Shown: piece by piece, positions 37,808 to 51,066 of the stretch
How positions within the stretch are numbered: the stretch's first letter is position 1
How the letters are laid out: every line of letters starts with the position of its first letter
Assembly (NCBI GenBank): GCA_043228905.1
Contig: JBHGNT010000001.1
Location: 19,654,001 to 19,718,000 of the forward strand
From: Azolla caroliniana
Lineage: Eukaryota > Plantae > Polypodiophyta
Direction: 5' to 3'
DNA length: 64,000 bases
Notes under the pieces: generated by a model
The model's database searches: none
What the model saw: only the letters and a program-made list of their open reading frames with translations
What the model was told of the DNA's origin: nothing
Made by a program: the position numbers and the translations under genes

Positions 37808-38376
37808 TATATGCATAGATTGAAATGTAAACCCAACCTCATCTTGATGCAACCATTTCCATACATCCAACTTCAAAACCTCTAATGCTAATGTGTCCCA
37901 AACTGCTTGCTTAGGAGAACCCATCAATGAGAATGGAAGTAGATTGTGATGCATCAACACACATTAGAATCACCCATTAACAAACCAACATGGCCCATTT
38001 ATAACCTTGGAGACATAGAAGACCACAATTCAATGTGTTGATTATCATTGTTGGGTGCATAAATTCCTACCGACCATATCAAAACCTCAAAATACTTGAC
38101 TTCCAACACCAAAAAACGTCCATATGGATCATTATAGACTATATGTGGACAAAACAAATCACGACTAATCATGACTACACCTAAATAATGATGTGATAAT
38201 TGACTTGCATAATATGTGGAATATCCACGCAAATGTAACACAAATCCTACTAAATCATGATACTTATGTTCAACTGCACATAAATCATCCCATTCTTTAT
38301 CAAATAAAGTTTTCCATAATATATATTTCTTATGAGGAGATGATGCCCCTTGCACATTCCATGATACCGGTTTCAT
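37808..38376 (-). pseudogene. L1-like LINE ORF2 N-terminus (APE endonuclease) remnant
   Basis: MKPVSWNVQG...GRFLVLEVKY...VGIYAPN match APE-type endonuclease motifs. Confidence 0.8.
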
Positions 38377-40543
38377 TTAACACCTTTAGTAAGAACTTGC
38401 TCTTTTTCTTTTTCTTTTTCAAGAAAAGATTTCCTTCATTAGTATTGAGAAAAAACTCAAGAAGGCTACAAAATGTACAATAAGAGAGTGTTATATACAA
38501 AAAGGATGATCAGGGCAAGGGCTAGGGGGTGATGATATTTCCAAATTGGTCCTTTGAGAGGAGACTGCGAACAGAGGTAACTTCCTCCATAACTGCAATA
38601 ATTTTTTACTTTTCTTAAGAACAATCTCCGAAGAGCCTGACATATTGTCATATTGCCCATGCACTACCACCAATAAGATCTCCCATAATTCCGGCAATAT
38701 ATCTGAGAGAAGAAGAATTATGGAATCATATCATCTTTCACAACGATACTTCTATAAGATCCCTAATGTAACCATAGAAATTGTTTTCCATACATGGGCT
38801 GCACACATTTGCTTGCCAGGTCGTTGAAAAGGGGAGATAGAAATTAGATGCTTGTTGATGACTATCGTAGCCTCTAGAGCATCATCTGCCTTGTACAACA
38901 AGAGACTCATACCATTGATCCTCAAGAGAAGACACAACCTACATTAATTGTCAGGAATAAAGAAAGAACTTTATTCCATACTTGTTGGGCTAGTGAACAG
39001 GTCTAGAAAGCATGCTTGTAGTTTCCTGCAAGTCACTACAATAATAACATTGTGTAAGAACGGTTGCCACATTTCCTTTCAATGACTAACCTATTGGTAG
39101 TGCAGCATGTAGTAAAAGCCATTTGAAGAGAATATATTTTGTTGGTCCGCTGAAAGACCAAATCCATTTCCAATAAGCCTTCAAATGAATGCTTGAAACA
39201 CCCCACTTATTCTAGTGCTTTTGAGTTGCAGGAGCTGGAATATTCTTAGACATGAGTAAGGTTCTACCAAATTTCACAATGTATTGAAAGAAAGGAACTT
39301 TTTGCAATGGATCCATCATGGGACTGGTCCAGAACCATCCCCCTAGGTTCCACATCAGCCTACTAACTGGCTGTTGTGCATATAACCAAAGCATATCCCA
39401 CAAATGAGCTATTGACGGTTGCGGATCCAGCAGCCATTTCTTACAAGATTTGACAATCACCCTAACTGGAACAGTGAGTAGGTTCTGTACTAAATTATCT
39501 GAGGGTGTATAAGGCTGCAATATGGAAATAAAAAATGTGTTCATTTGTAGAAATTCCTTTAACAAAGAGTATTGTGTCATTCATAAGGAAAACAAACCAC
39601 ATATCTCTTGCATTGGTTGAAGTTGCATTGAGGCTTGCAAGAAGGTCGCTGAAATATCCATTATCATTGTCTTCGCCCCATATACCGAGCATAACTGCTT
39701 AAGCCGATCCACTTCTAGCATCTGCTGAAACAAATCTAGGATCTCACTGATGTTGTTGGCCCATTCTCAAGTTTTCCCCATGCAAGGCAAGTTCTAAGGC
39801 CCAATGCATTTCCAATAGAATCTTGAACGAGCGAATTAGCCAAAAGCCGTTGGTTCATCCAACCATCCCACGTGTCACGCATTTGTTTGTGTAAGAAAAT
39901 CTTGATTACATCCCATGCTCTGACGATTCCTAGGAGAAATCTATTGGATGTTAGATTCTACCTTGATGTTTGTACATCTGTCAAGAACATCCATTTCAAA
40001 GAAGGAAACCAATTTCCTCCCACCTTGGGAGATAATTGCATCAGTTAATTAAGCAACATACCCATCCATGCCTCTAACCATAGCAACAGTCCTCTAACTA
40101 CAAACTTTTTCAAGAGAGCTCGAGATTGCATCGAGGGATCTATTAAAGCCAGCCCTCCCTGGCTTTTTGGCCTAATCAAAACATCCCATGCGTCATGAAC
40201 ATCGAGTCGAATTTGAGCCTTAGGTCCATATATATATATATATTTCTCCTAGAAAAACTTTAAACTTTAAACCTTTGTATAAAGAGTGGTATGTAAGACT
40301 TAGTATCTAAGACTTAGCATGCAAGAATTACTATGCTTGTTATTATAGTATGTATGACTTGGCATGAGCATGCCTATCATGCATCACTATATGTATAAAA
40401 AGGGTTGATCTCCCTTGTTAACATCAAGGAGATCAACACCAATCATGGAATAAATATTCTTACTCATTGTCATCAAATTCTCCATCTCTCTATCTCATCA
40501 ACTTACCCATCTCATTGTCTTCCAATGGTTCATCTGTGATAGA

Positions 40544-40554
40544 TTGATCTCCTT
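40544..40554 (+). promoter_or_regulatory. self-priming PBS (no tRNA primer)
   Basis: TTGATCTCCTT, 2 nt after the LTR, is the exact complement of AAGGAGATCAA (40426-40436), which lies ~32 nt downstream of TATAAAA (40394), the expected transcript 5' end. Confidence 0.85.
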
Positions 40555-43500
40555 CCTTCTTTTTGTCTTCTTTCTCAATACACTATCATGTTCGAATCAT
40601 CTAGTAACCTTGAGCAAATTTTGGTGGTGCTGCAACAAATCCAACATGAGAATGCGAACTTACCAAACTCTTTTCAAGAACTTCAGGCAGTGACGACAGT
40701 TATACGTCACTCGATTATTGACCATTTTGTTGTAGAACCTAATGTCTTCTTGCCAGAAAAATTTGATGGAACGAGGTCACGATTAAGATGCTTCATCAAC
40801 CAAATTTGCCTTATTATTCGTCTTCAGCCCCGACGATATTCTGATGACTTTCGACAAATTGGGTTGATCATCATGTTGCTAACAGGACAAGCGCAAGCCT
40901 GGTTTGCCCTTCTAGTGGAGACTTCTTCACCTCTCTTGAATGACTTCCAAGAATTTCTTACCGAATTTGAGGCAACTTTCGAGGAGACCGACAAACGACG
41001 AGCCGCACTCAGCAAACTATATGCATTACAACAAGGAGAACGTGCGGCATCAATCTATGCATCTGAATTTCGTCAGCTCGCATGCGATGTGGAATGGGAT
41101 GGACAAGCCCTCCTTGATCAATTCCGTCGAGGATTGCGAGGTGAGATAAAAAAATATTTTGCTTAACTTTCCTGAGCCAACATCTTTGAATGAGGCTATT
41201 TCCCAAGTTGTGCAATGCGATAACCGTCTCTTTGAGTTCTGGCAAGAGGTATGTCCTCACCGGAGCCATCAACCTTGACCAACCGCTTCATCTTCATCGT
41301 CAACTCCCGCCATAGATTCTAGCTCCCCAATGGAGATCGATCGAATTCGCTATTGACCATTGACTAACGTGCAACAACAACATCGATGGGCCAATAATTT
41401 ATGTCTCTATTGTGGCGGCCCTGACCATTTGATCCGTTCTTGCCCAAAAAGGGGACCCCGCCGAACACCACATCATGTGGATGGGGTTAACATTTTCTGC
41501 CAACAGGAAAACTCCAATGTCTGGTTCCAGTAGGGGTTGTGCATCTGGACCACAAGAGTCGACAATTGTGTCAAGGGCCCAATCAACCGACTTCCTAGAC
41601 AACAAGCTTCACACTTCCGGTCACTCTTCAGTTTGGCTCTAGCACTCTAAAGACAAAAGCTTTGTTGGATTCTGAGGCTACGCCGTACTTTACTGACATC
41701 ATGTTTTCATGGGCACACAACATTCCAAGCAACAAAATAACTATCCCGATTCCAGTTGAAGTGATCGACGGTCGAACGCTCTCTTCTAGTGCAAGCACAT
41801 ATACAACAATTCCCTTGAGTCTCCACATAGGATCCCACTAGGAAGAAATCATTTTTAACCTCATCACATCACCTCGACATCCTATCATCTTGGGGTTATC
41901 ATGGCTCGAGACTCACAATCCAATAGTGGATTGGCGATCTCGCTCCATCAACTTCACCTCAGATTCTCGCCCACAAGGAATTACTTCCACTCTTCTTCGA
42001 GCCAATGCTTCCGCATTTGTTTGGCCGCCTACTCTGGTGAGGGCCGTGTCAACGGTTTCTCCCACTCATGTTTCAGGGACAACTCTCGTTTCTGCTCTAG
42101 AGAGAATCACATCAATGGTTGCTCTGATTCTAGTCTTCGCTCTGGTGAGGACCGCGTCAACGGTTGCTCCCACTCATGTTTCGAGGGCAACTCCCATTTC
42201 TGCTCCGGTGAGGACCACGTTAGTGGTCACTCCCATTTCCTCTTCAACAAGAACCATATCAACGATTGCTCCAATAGAAACAACATCGATTGTTCCAACC
42301 ACATCGGCCTCGGAAATAGATTCCACTCTTGCTCGGGTATGTGATACGGTGTTAATTGCATCCATTTCTAATTCTAAGGACATGGCGGTCATGTCCACTC
42401 CAGACACTACCCTATGTAGTATCTCTTTTCCATCAAAATACAATGATTTCTCTGATGTATTTGAGAAGAAAAATGTTGATCGCATGCCTGAACATCGCCC
42501 ATACAATTGTCCAATTTACTTGAAAGATGGTGCTTGTCCTCCTTTTGGCCCTATCTATGGGTTATCTGAACCTGAACTCAAGGCCCTCAAAATATACAAA
42601 GGGATTCATTCGCCACTCAAAATCTCCAGCAAGCTCTCCTATTCTATTTGTCAAAATGAAAGATGGAACTCTATGCTTATGTATTGACTATCACGGGCTC
42701 AATCGAGTCACTGTTCGAAACCGCTATCCACTACCCCTAATCCCCGAACTCCTCAACCAACTTCGGGTTGGGGGCATATTCTCCAAAATCAATCTTAGAG
42801 GTGCCTACAATTTAGTACATATCAAGCCTGGAGATGAGTGGAAAACGGCATTCCGAACCAGGTATGGGCATTTTGAATACATGGTAATGCCATTTGGTCT
42901 CACAAACACTCCTACTGTTTTTCAACATATGATGAATGACACCTTCTGAGAATATCTAGACCAATTTGTGGACATCTATCTTGACGACATACTTATCTTT
43001 TCACAGGACTACATAGAGCACACCAAGCACGTCCGACTTATCTTCTCCAAACTTCGGGAACATGGACTTTATGCAAAACCTGAGAAGTGTGAATTTGATC
43101 AAACCTCAATTGAATTCCTCGGGTACATCATTTCATCTGATGGTCTCACTATGGACAAGAAGAAAGTCACAACAGTTCAAGAGTGGGAAGTCCCCACCAA
43201 GGTCAAGGATGTGCAATCATTTTTGGGTTTCGCCAACTTCTATCGTCGATTCATCCATGGATTCTCTACACTAGCACGGCCACTTATAGCACTCACTCGG
43301 AAGGATTCCCCTTTTTGCTGGACTCCAACAACCCAACTAGCATTCGAGACACTAAAGAAAGCTTTTACCTCAAGTCTAGTACTTTTTCATCCAGAGCTGA
43401 CCAAACCATTGACAGTCAAAACCGATGCCTCTAACTTCGCCATCGGTGCCATTCTCTCTCAATCAGATAAAAAGGGATCCTTCATCCTGTTGCCTTTTAT

Positions 43501-44696
43501 TCTAGGAAGTTCAGACCCCCCGAGATCAACTACCCAATTTACAACAAAGAACTCTCTGCCATTATTTCCGCCTTTGAAGAATCGCGTCCTTACTTGGCGG
43601 GCGTCCAACACCATATCCATGTAGTAACCGATCACAAGAACCTTGTATACTTCACCACTACTCACATTTTGAACCGAAGGCAAGCACGATGGTCGACCTT
43701 CCTGGCTGATTACGACTTTGAAATTGTTTTTCGTCCTGGTGCCCAACATGGTAAAGTCGATGCCCTATCTCGACGTTCAGAATTCGAAATTCGGCCAGGG
43801 GATGCAGCCTACAATCAACAATCACATTGTCTCCTATAGCCACATCAATTTCAACTCTGTGCAACATATATGGTCGTGGATGAATCATTACTCAAGGCAA
43901 TAGCCACAAATACTGCCACCGACAAATTTGCACAAGAGATTACGGAGAATCTCAACAACTCATCCAAAGGCGAGGTACGGAATATTCATAACCAATTTAT
44001 GTTTTGGGATGGTTTTCTTTTCCGATACAACTTAATGTATGTCCCAGATGGTCCTTGTCATATCCATGTCATGAGGGAATGCCATGATGATGCCCTAACT
44101 AGACATTTTGGTGTTGCAAAAACTTTGAAGTTAATATCTAGAAGTTATTGGTGGCCACAACCTTGGAAACTTGTTAAAGAATTCATGAAAACATGTGATA
44201 CATGTGCCCGCACCAAAGCAGTACATCATTGTCCCTATGGTTCTACTTCAACCTTTGCCAAATCCAAATAGGCCATGGGCCTCCATCTCGACAGACTTTA
44301 TCACTGACCTTCCAAACATTGATGGATTCAATTCAATATTGGTGGTGGTTGATAGATTCACAAAGATGGCACACTTTATTCCATGTTCTAAGACAATTTC
44401 AAGGATGGAAACAACAGATCTATTATTAACAAATATTGTGCGCCTTAACGGTTTACCGGATGACATTATCTCTGATCGCAATCCCCAATTTATGTCTCAT
44501 TTCTGGAAACGCCTCTTCTAGACACTTGGAACTTCTACCAAATTTTCAACAGCCTTCCATCCTAAGACAGATAGACAAACAGAACGAGTGAATCCGATTC
44601 TAGAGCAATATCTTTGATGTATGATAAGTTATCAACAAGTTATCTCCGAGTTCGCCTACAACAATACTCTCCACGCATCAACTAGCGTAACACCCT

Positions 44697-44775
44697 TGTT
44701 GTGACCGTAGCGTTGTGACAAGGAGTGTGAGTGAACTAGCACAACTATTGAGATGATATGGGAAGTGTAAGAAAA
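44697..44775. repeat. left terminal inverted repeat of the PLE
   Basis: tgttgtgaccgtagcgttgtgacaaggagtgtgagtgaactagcacaactattgagatgatatgggaagtgtaagaaaa is the reverse complement of 57162-57240 with ~5 mismatches. Confidence 0.92.
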
Positions 44776-44920
44776 GAAATAAAGCAATGATCCACGTGAA
44801 ACTAAGGTGAGTAGGATTAGAGGTGAACAAGAGTAAAAGAGAAGGAGAGAATGAGATGAAAGAAGAAGAGAAGAGTGAGTGAGAAAAATAAAAAAAAGCT
44901 TAAGAAATTTTCATTAGAAA

Positions 44921-44972
44921 GACCTTGTGCAAACTAGTTTTGCTCTGGGTAGAGCTCATTAGTGCCAAGGTC
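44921..44972 (-). ncRNA. degenerate minimal type I hammerhead ribozyme (sense to the RT ORF)
   Basis: Minus strand: gaccttggca-CTAATGA-gctct accc agagc-AAAA-ctagt-t-tgcacaaggtc. Stems I and II pair; the core has two G>A changes (CUGAUGA, GAAA). Confidence 0.75.
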
Positions 44973-45197
44973 ATTTACAACAAGAGGGTAGGTTTATATA
45001 GGGGGAAGAGAGAGAGAGAGAGAGAATAGGAGTTTAATGAGGGGAGAGAGGGAAACAGAGAATGGTGATAGGCAAAGGATTGATAAGTGAAAGTGGGCTA
45101 GAGGGGGGGTTATATGTATGTATATGATAAGTGATAGGTGGGGGTGGGCTCTAAGAAGAGGGGGATTATAGGGGTGGGATATAAAAAGAAAATAGTA

Positions 45198-48100
45198 TTA
45201 ATTGGGAGTATTTATGGATTTATATTTAGTTTTGACGAGAAGGGAATGAATGGACTTAGACTTAGTCCAACATATGAAGGGTTGCGGTAGTTCGGATAGT
45301 TGGGGATGTGTGGCTAAATCTGCGTGGAGGTTTTCTAGCATGTCGTGAATTCCTAATCTAGGGGTATCTTTCGTATACCTAAGTTTGAAGATGACATGTA
45401 TAAGGGTACTTTTAGGTTTTCTACTAAATACTAGCGATTTCCTAGCGCTAAATAGGACATTTTCATAATTCTCTAATATAAAAGAAAGGGGATATCCTCT
45501 CTTAACTAATCTACTAAAAAATAGTTTTTTCATTCAAAGGAAACCTAAGGGGGTACTTTCTCTAATTAGGTATCATTTTAGTTCATGAATAATAAAATGA
45601 CGTTTCAAGTGAAGGGGATGAACTGACGAGAATGAGAGATACCGGTAGGCATTTTGGGGCGTTTGGTAGCAATTAAAGGAGAAATGTGAATTCTTTAGGT
45701 TAATCCATAAATCTAAGAACAGTAATCTAAAGGGAGAAGTGGTGATGGTAATTTTGATGCAATTATTAGTGGAGATGTTATAGAACTGGAGGTAATTTTC
45801 TAATTCGGGTGTTGAGATATCAAGCTCAACTAGTTTAATCTAGTTAGTCAACACATGTAACTTAGTAGTTACCTAGATCGAATCTAGTTAATGTGTTGAC
45901 CTTAATCCTTTAAATAGTACCTTGTACTTAAGTGGAATATTCTAGATCCTCCACTCCTTAGTACATTTAATGTAGGACTTACACATAAGTACCTATGTTC
46001 TACCCACACATGTGCACCTTTGCACATGGGTTGTATATATACCTCATTGTGGGTATTTTTGAATATTGATGACACTTTTCAATATAGTCAATCATCCCCC
46101 ATTTATCTTTGTGTTCAAGTGTAACTTCCTCTCTCTCTCTCTCTCTTCCTCTCACACACTCTCACACGCATATCATACTAATCTTCCGCTGCTTAACGTA
46201 ACCATATAATTAGTCTCTAATTAACCCTAGTTAATTACCTAATTACTTAACATGGTATCAGAGCGAGTGGTTTAGGAAATCCACTAAGCCCACCGCTTAT
46301 TCGTGATTGTGTGTTCGAGACGCCGACGACAAATCCCGGCTATTCGCTATCCGCTACCGTAGTGCCACTACGAAGGACGTGTATGCGACCAAGAGAAGAA
46401 AAACAAAACGGAAGACACAACAATCAACATCAACACACAAATGGGAAGCTCATTCCCTAGCGAAAAGCTAGACCGAAGCAACTATTCATCTTGGGAGTAC
46501 AAGATGAATCAATACCTTGTCAGCCAAGGGTATTGGAGCTACATCAACGGCGCACAAGAAAACAAACCCGAAACCACACACGCCAACTACCCAACGTGGG
46601 AGCAAGGCGCGAGTCGGGTAATGTATTGCTTGGCAACATGTGTAAACGACCACATGCTTAGCCACATTTCGTGACGCCAAGACGCCCAAAGAGGCGTGGG
46701 AAAATCTCAAGAAGATTTTCGCCGCAGACACATCTGCGCACAAGCTTCAACTCCGGCAAGAGTTGAACAACATACAACAAAAAGAAATGTTCGTGACGGA
46801 CTACACCACCAAGATCAAGAGCATTTGCGACTCTCTTGGCTCCATCAATGTCAACATCGACGAGGACGAGATAGTGCAAGTATGCTTGGGCGGCCTCACA
46901 CAATGATTCAACCCGTTGAGAACGGCAATCTTGGTGAGAGATACCCCTCCATCGTTCTTCAACCTCCAATCAATGCTATTGGTCGAAAAAAACCACGTTC
47001 ATTCAAAGACCAACACATCGGAAGGACAAATGCTCTTCTCCGATACGTATGGTGCCCATAGACGAGGTCGAAGCGGAAGAGGTCAATTCGACCTATCCCA
47101 CGAAGGGAATTCACAATTTCGGCAAGGAAATGGAAGCCATCAAGGAACCTTCACAAGAAGGGGGAGCTTCCACGCCGAACAAGGTCGGCGAACAACACCA
47201 CGTACATGCAACTATTGTGGCAAAATCGGCCATCGTGAAGAGGAGTGCCGAAAAAGACGAAGCGAGTCAGCCTCAACAAGCTGGCAACTCACAAATTACG
47301 CCGCGAACGTAGAATACGCGGACTATGGCGGACTCTTTGTGATGAGGCATAGAGCGAACTCTATGATGGCCTCCGATCCCGCAAACTCCGCAAGCACCTC
47401 CAACTCCGAACACGCGTGGTTCGTAGACTCCGGCGTCTCGCACCACATGATGTCGCACTAAGAGTGGTTTCACGACTTGCGAACGCCGGATCGACCCGGC
47501 TACATAGAGACCGGAGACGACACTCCACATCCCATTCGGCACATCGGCGATGTCCCATTCGGGAAAGAAGGCGAGCAAACCTGCATCAAGAATGTCTTGC
47601 ACGTGCCCACAATAACAAAGAATTTGGTCTTGGTTGGCCAAATCGTGGAGCAAGGCATGCAAGTCTGCTTCAACAATGAAGGTTGCTTCATTGAGAAAGA
47701 CGGCCGACTCATAGCCAAGGGATGGAGAGACGGTCGCTTGTTCATTCTCGACTCGAACGAGGTAAAATCGGCCATGTACACCAAAGGTCTCAAGACCGAG
47801 ACAAACATCGAGTTGTGGCACAAGCGAATCGTCCACATAAACCTCCAACGGCTTCGCGGAATGCAATCAAAGGGAGTCGTAATCAGACTTCCAGCCTTCA
47901 AATCGAAACAAGTCGACCGAGTGTGCGAAGCATGCCAACTCGGCAAACAACATCGACTCCCATTCCCGAAGGAGAGCTCCGCAAGCAAAGGCCTCCTTGA
48001 CATAATCCACTCAGACGTATGGGGACCGGCTCAAACGCCGACGCTCGGCGGATGCCGCTACTACGTCACCTTCATCGACGACCACTCGCGCTACGCATGG

Positions 48101-51011
48101 ATATACCCAATGAAGAAGAAGCCAAGTGGAGAAAGAAACCTGTCGGCACATTCGATGCCTACGATCGGACGGAGGAGAGTACTTTTCCGACGAGTTCACC
48201 TCTTACCTCCAAGGTGAAGGCATTCGTAGAGAATTCTCATGCCGATACACTCCCCAACAAAATGGAGTAGCCGAGAGAAAGAATCGGCAAATTCTCGAGG
48301 TAGCACGCGCCATGATGCGTGAGAAGCACATGCCGAACTTCTATTGGGCGGAAGCATCATCCATGGCCGTCTATCTCATGAATTGATGCACCACAAATAG
48401 CGTGCACGAGCTTACTCCATACGAGATCTTCGTTGGAAGGAAGCCCATCCTCTCGCACCTCAAGGTGTTCGGAAGCATTGCGAATGTACGCATCCCAAAC
48501 AAAAGTCGAGAGAAGCCCAACACGAAGTCGGAAGAATGTATCCTCATAGGATACTTGTCCGCGAAAAAGGCGTACAAGTGCTTCAACCCTTCGACCCGAG
48601 CGGTGCGGATAAGTCCCGACGTCATTTTCGACGAATCAGCATCTTGGTATAAGCCCAATGCGACTCCATCCGACCCGATCGAGGAAGAGTTGAACGCCAA
48701 CTCGGACGACGAAACTCGGCCAAGTCCTCCACTAAAGGACAATCCAAGCTCTACCGAGCTAATTGGCCCACAAGAGCCTCCACGCGATGAAAACACGTCG
48801 CGGCCAAGTCTGACATCAGACAAAGGCAAAGGTAAGATGCCCGAATACGAAGTCGAGGTCCACCCCGACGATCGTGATTCGGATGATTCGGCTCGCTCAC
48901 TAGAAAGTGAGTTTGGTGTACCCATCATGAGGACACCCGGAGTAAAGAAGGCACTCACATCGACAAACGAGAAACTCTGCCGCTCATCACGAGCGAAGAC
49001 CCAAGTCACTCGTTACGCCTACAATGAGTATATGGCCCATCACTATGCCCTCGCGATGTAGGTAGTGGCCGAACAAGAGCCCGAGGATCCAAGCCTTCGT
49101 CACAGGCTTGAGGGGGAGAACAAAGCTGCGGAGAACCGCGCAACGAAGCCGTGAAGACGCGAAGAAAACCGCGCAACGCCGCGCAACAAAGCCGCAGAGA
49201 ACCACGCAACGAAGCCGTGAAGACGCGAAGAAAGCCGCGGAGAGCCGTGCAATGCCGCGAAGAAAGCCGCAAGTCGCACCGATGCCGACAAAGCCGAAGG
49301 AAGCTAAACCGGACGTTGGACGCCTCACACTTGAGCTTGAGGGGGGTGTTGAGATATCAAGCTCAACTAGTTTAATCTAGTTAGTCAACACATGTAACTT
49401 AGTAGTTACCTAGATCGAATCTAGTTAATGTGTTGACCTTAAGCCTTTAAATAGTACCTTGTACTTAAGTGGGATATTCTAGATCCTCCACTCCTTAGTA
49501 CATTTAATGTAGGACTTACACATAAGTACCTATGTTCTACCCACACATGTGCAGCTTTGCACATGGGTTGTATATATACCTCATTGTGGGTATTTTTGAA
49601 TGTTGATGACACTTTTCAATATAGTCAATCATCCCCCATTTATCTTTGTGTTTAAGTGTAACTTCCTCTCTCTCTCTCTCTCTTCCTCTCACACACTCTC
49701 ACGCGCATATCATACTAATCTTCCGCTGCTTAACATAACCATATAATTAGTCTCTAATTAACCCTAGTTAATTACCTAATTACTTAACATCGGGTTTAGT
49801 ACCCGTCCATATCCCGAATGCATCATCTATATATCTAGTGAGCTAAGAATAGGCATGCATAAACTACAGAAAAATTACTACCCATGGTTGTACCCTTGAC
49901 TTGTTCATAGATCATGTTATCAAATGATAGAAAGTGATATTCTAACGTAAGTGCACTAAGTATATAGATAATGTTAGTTTTAGAAGTTGAAAAATGTGGG
50001 GTAATCATTTTTCATAAAGCTTCAAGTCCTCACTTAGGGGGTATGCTGGGATATAAAGATTTAACATCAAAGGTAAAGATAAAGCTATTAGGGGGTGGGT
50101 TGAGATGTTCTAAAGTTTGGACAAGGGAATGTGAGTCTTTCAAATATTGCTTCAGAAGGAGAAGGATAGGCATGAATTGGTGGTGAAGCCATTTTGATGT
50201 TTGTTCAAAAAGGGAGTTATTGTATGAGCAAATAGGTCTAAAGCCTATTGGGTTCTTATGGAGTTTTGGGAGAAAATAGATATTGCATACTTGGTACCCT
50301 TTTGAGGGTTTATGTAGTATGTAGTTGGCTTCTATGTTGGATAGGGTACCAAGATGGTTATTAACAATGCTTTTCAATCTATAGGATAACTCCTCAAGTG
50401 GATAGTGGGAGACATTTTTATATGTATTAGTATTGGAAAGGTGTTCTATAGCTTTGTTATAGTATGTGTCCTTGTCAAGAACACACACTCCAACATTTTT
50501 GTCAATAGGTAGGATTATGATTTTGTTGTTTTTCTTAAGAGATTGTAAGGTTAGTGATAAGTGAGGTGCAATCCTAGTGGGTTTTAATTTGAGTGTATGA
50601 AGCGTGTCCCTAAAGATAGTTTGATGTTTACTATTTACCTATAATGTTTTCTAGGGGAGTGTACTTAATAGAAGGTTGCCAACTAGGGTTAGGTAGCTTA
50701 AAGGGATTTTGGGGTGAATTATCCACATCTTTGAAAAAATGTTTAAGTCGAAGGGTCCTACTTAGGCTATCAAATTCTTTAAGTAAGGTAGGGGATGGTG
50801 GTGGAGAAGATGGGAGGATGTGTTTCAAACCTAGGCTAAGGAGTTGTGTCTCATGTTTAGAGAGGGAATAATTAGAGTGGTTGTGGATCCTACTACTAAT
50901 TCTAAGTTTACTAAGGAGAGGCGTCCAAATTTTATTACGGGGTTTCCTACTATGGGTCTTTTTCACATATGGGGAGAAGGGAAAATTAGATGTATGACGA
51001 CCTAACCGCAT
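45198..51011 (-). pseudogene. Penelope-like reverse transcriptase (~610 codons, stops and frameshifts, split by a Copia insert)
   Basis: NYSLSKHETQLLSLGLKH; YFLPKLHK...RPICS; FDVKSLYPSIP; QVKGTTMGS; RYIDDAFGIW (~49822-49836); FLDL; NAYRYLSFSSVHP; FFSRLVKRGYP. No GIY-YIG seen. Confidence 0.9.
45810..49789 (+). mobile_element. Copia family B-related element lacking RT/RNase H
   Basis: 443-bp LTRs 45810-46252 and 49347-49789 (~7 differences); TSD tcggg; Met PBS 46253-46264; gag, PR and INT present; after YMAHHY the sequence jumps to short tandem repeats and the PPT. Confidence 0.93.
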
Positions 51012-51066
51012 GAAAGTATCTAAGTAGAAGTAGGTCTATCGAGAAGGTAAAAGAGATGTTTAGCGG

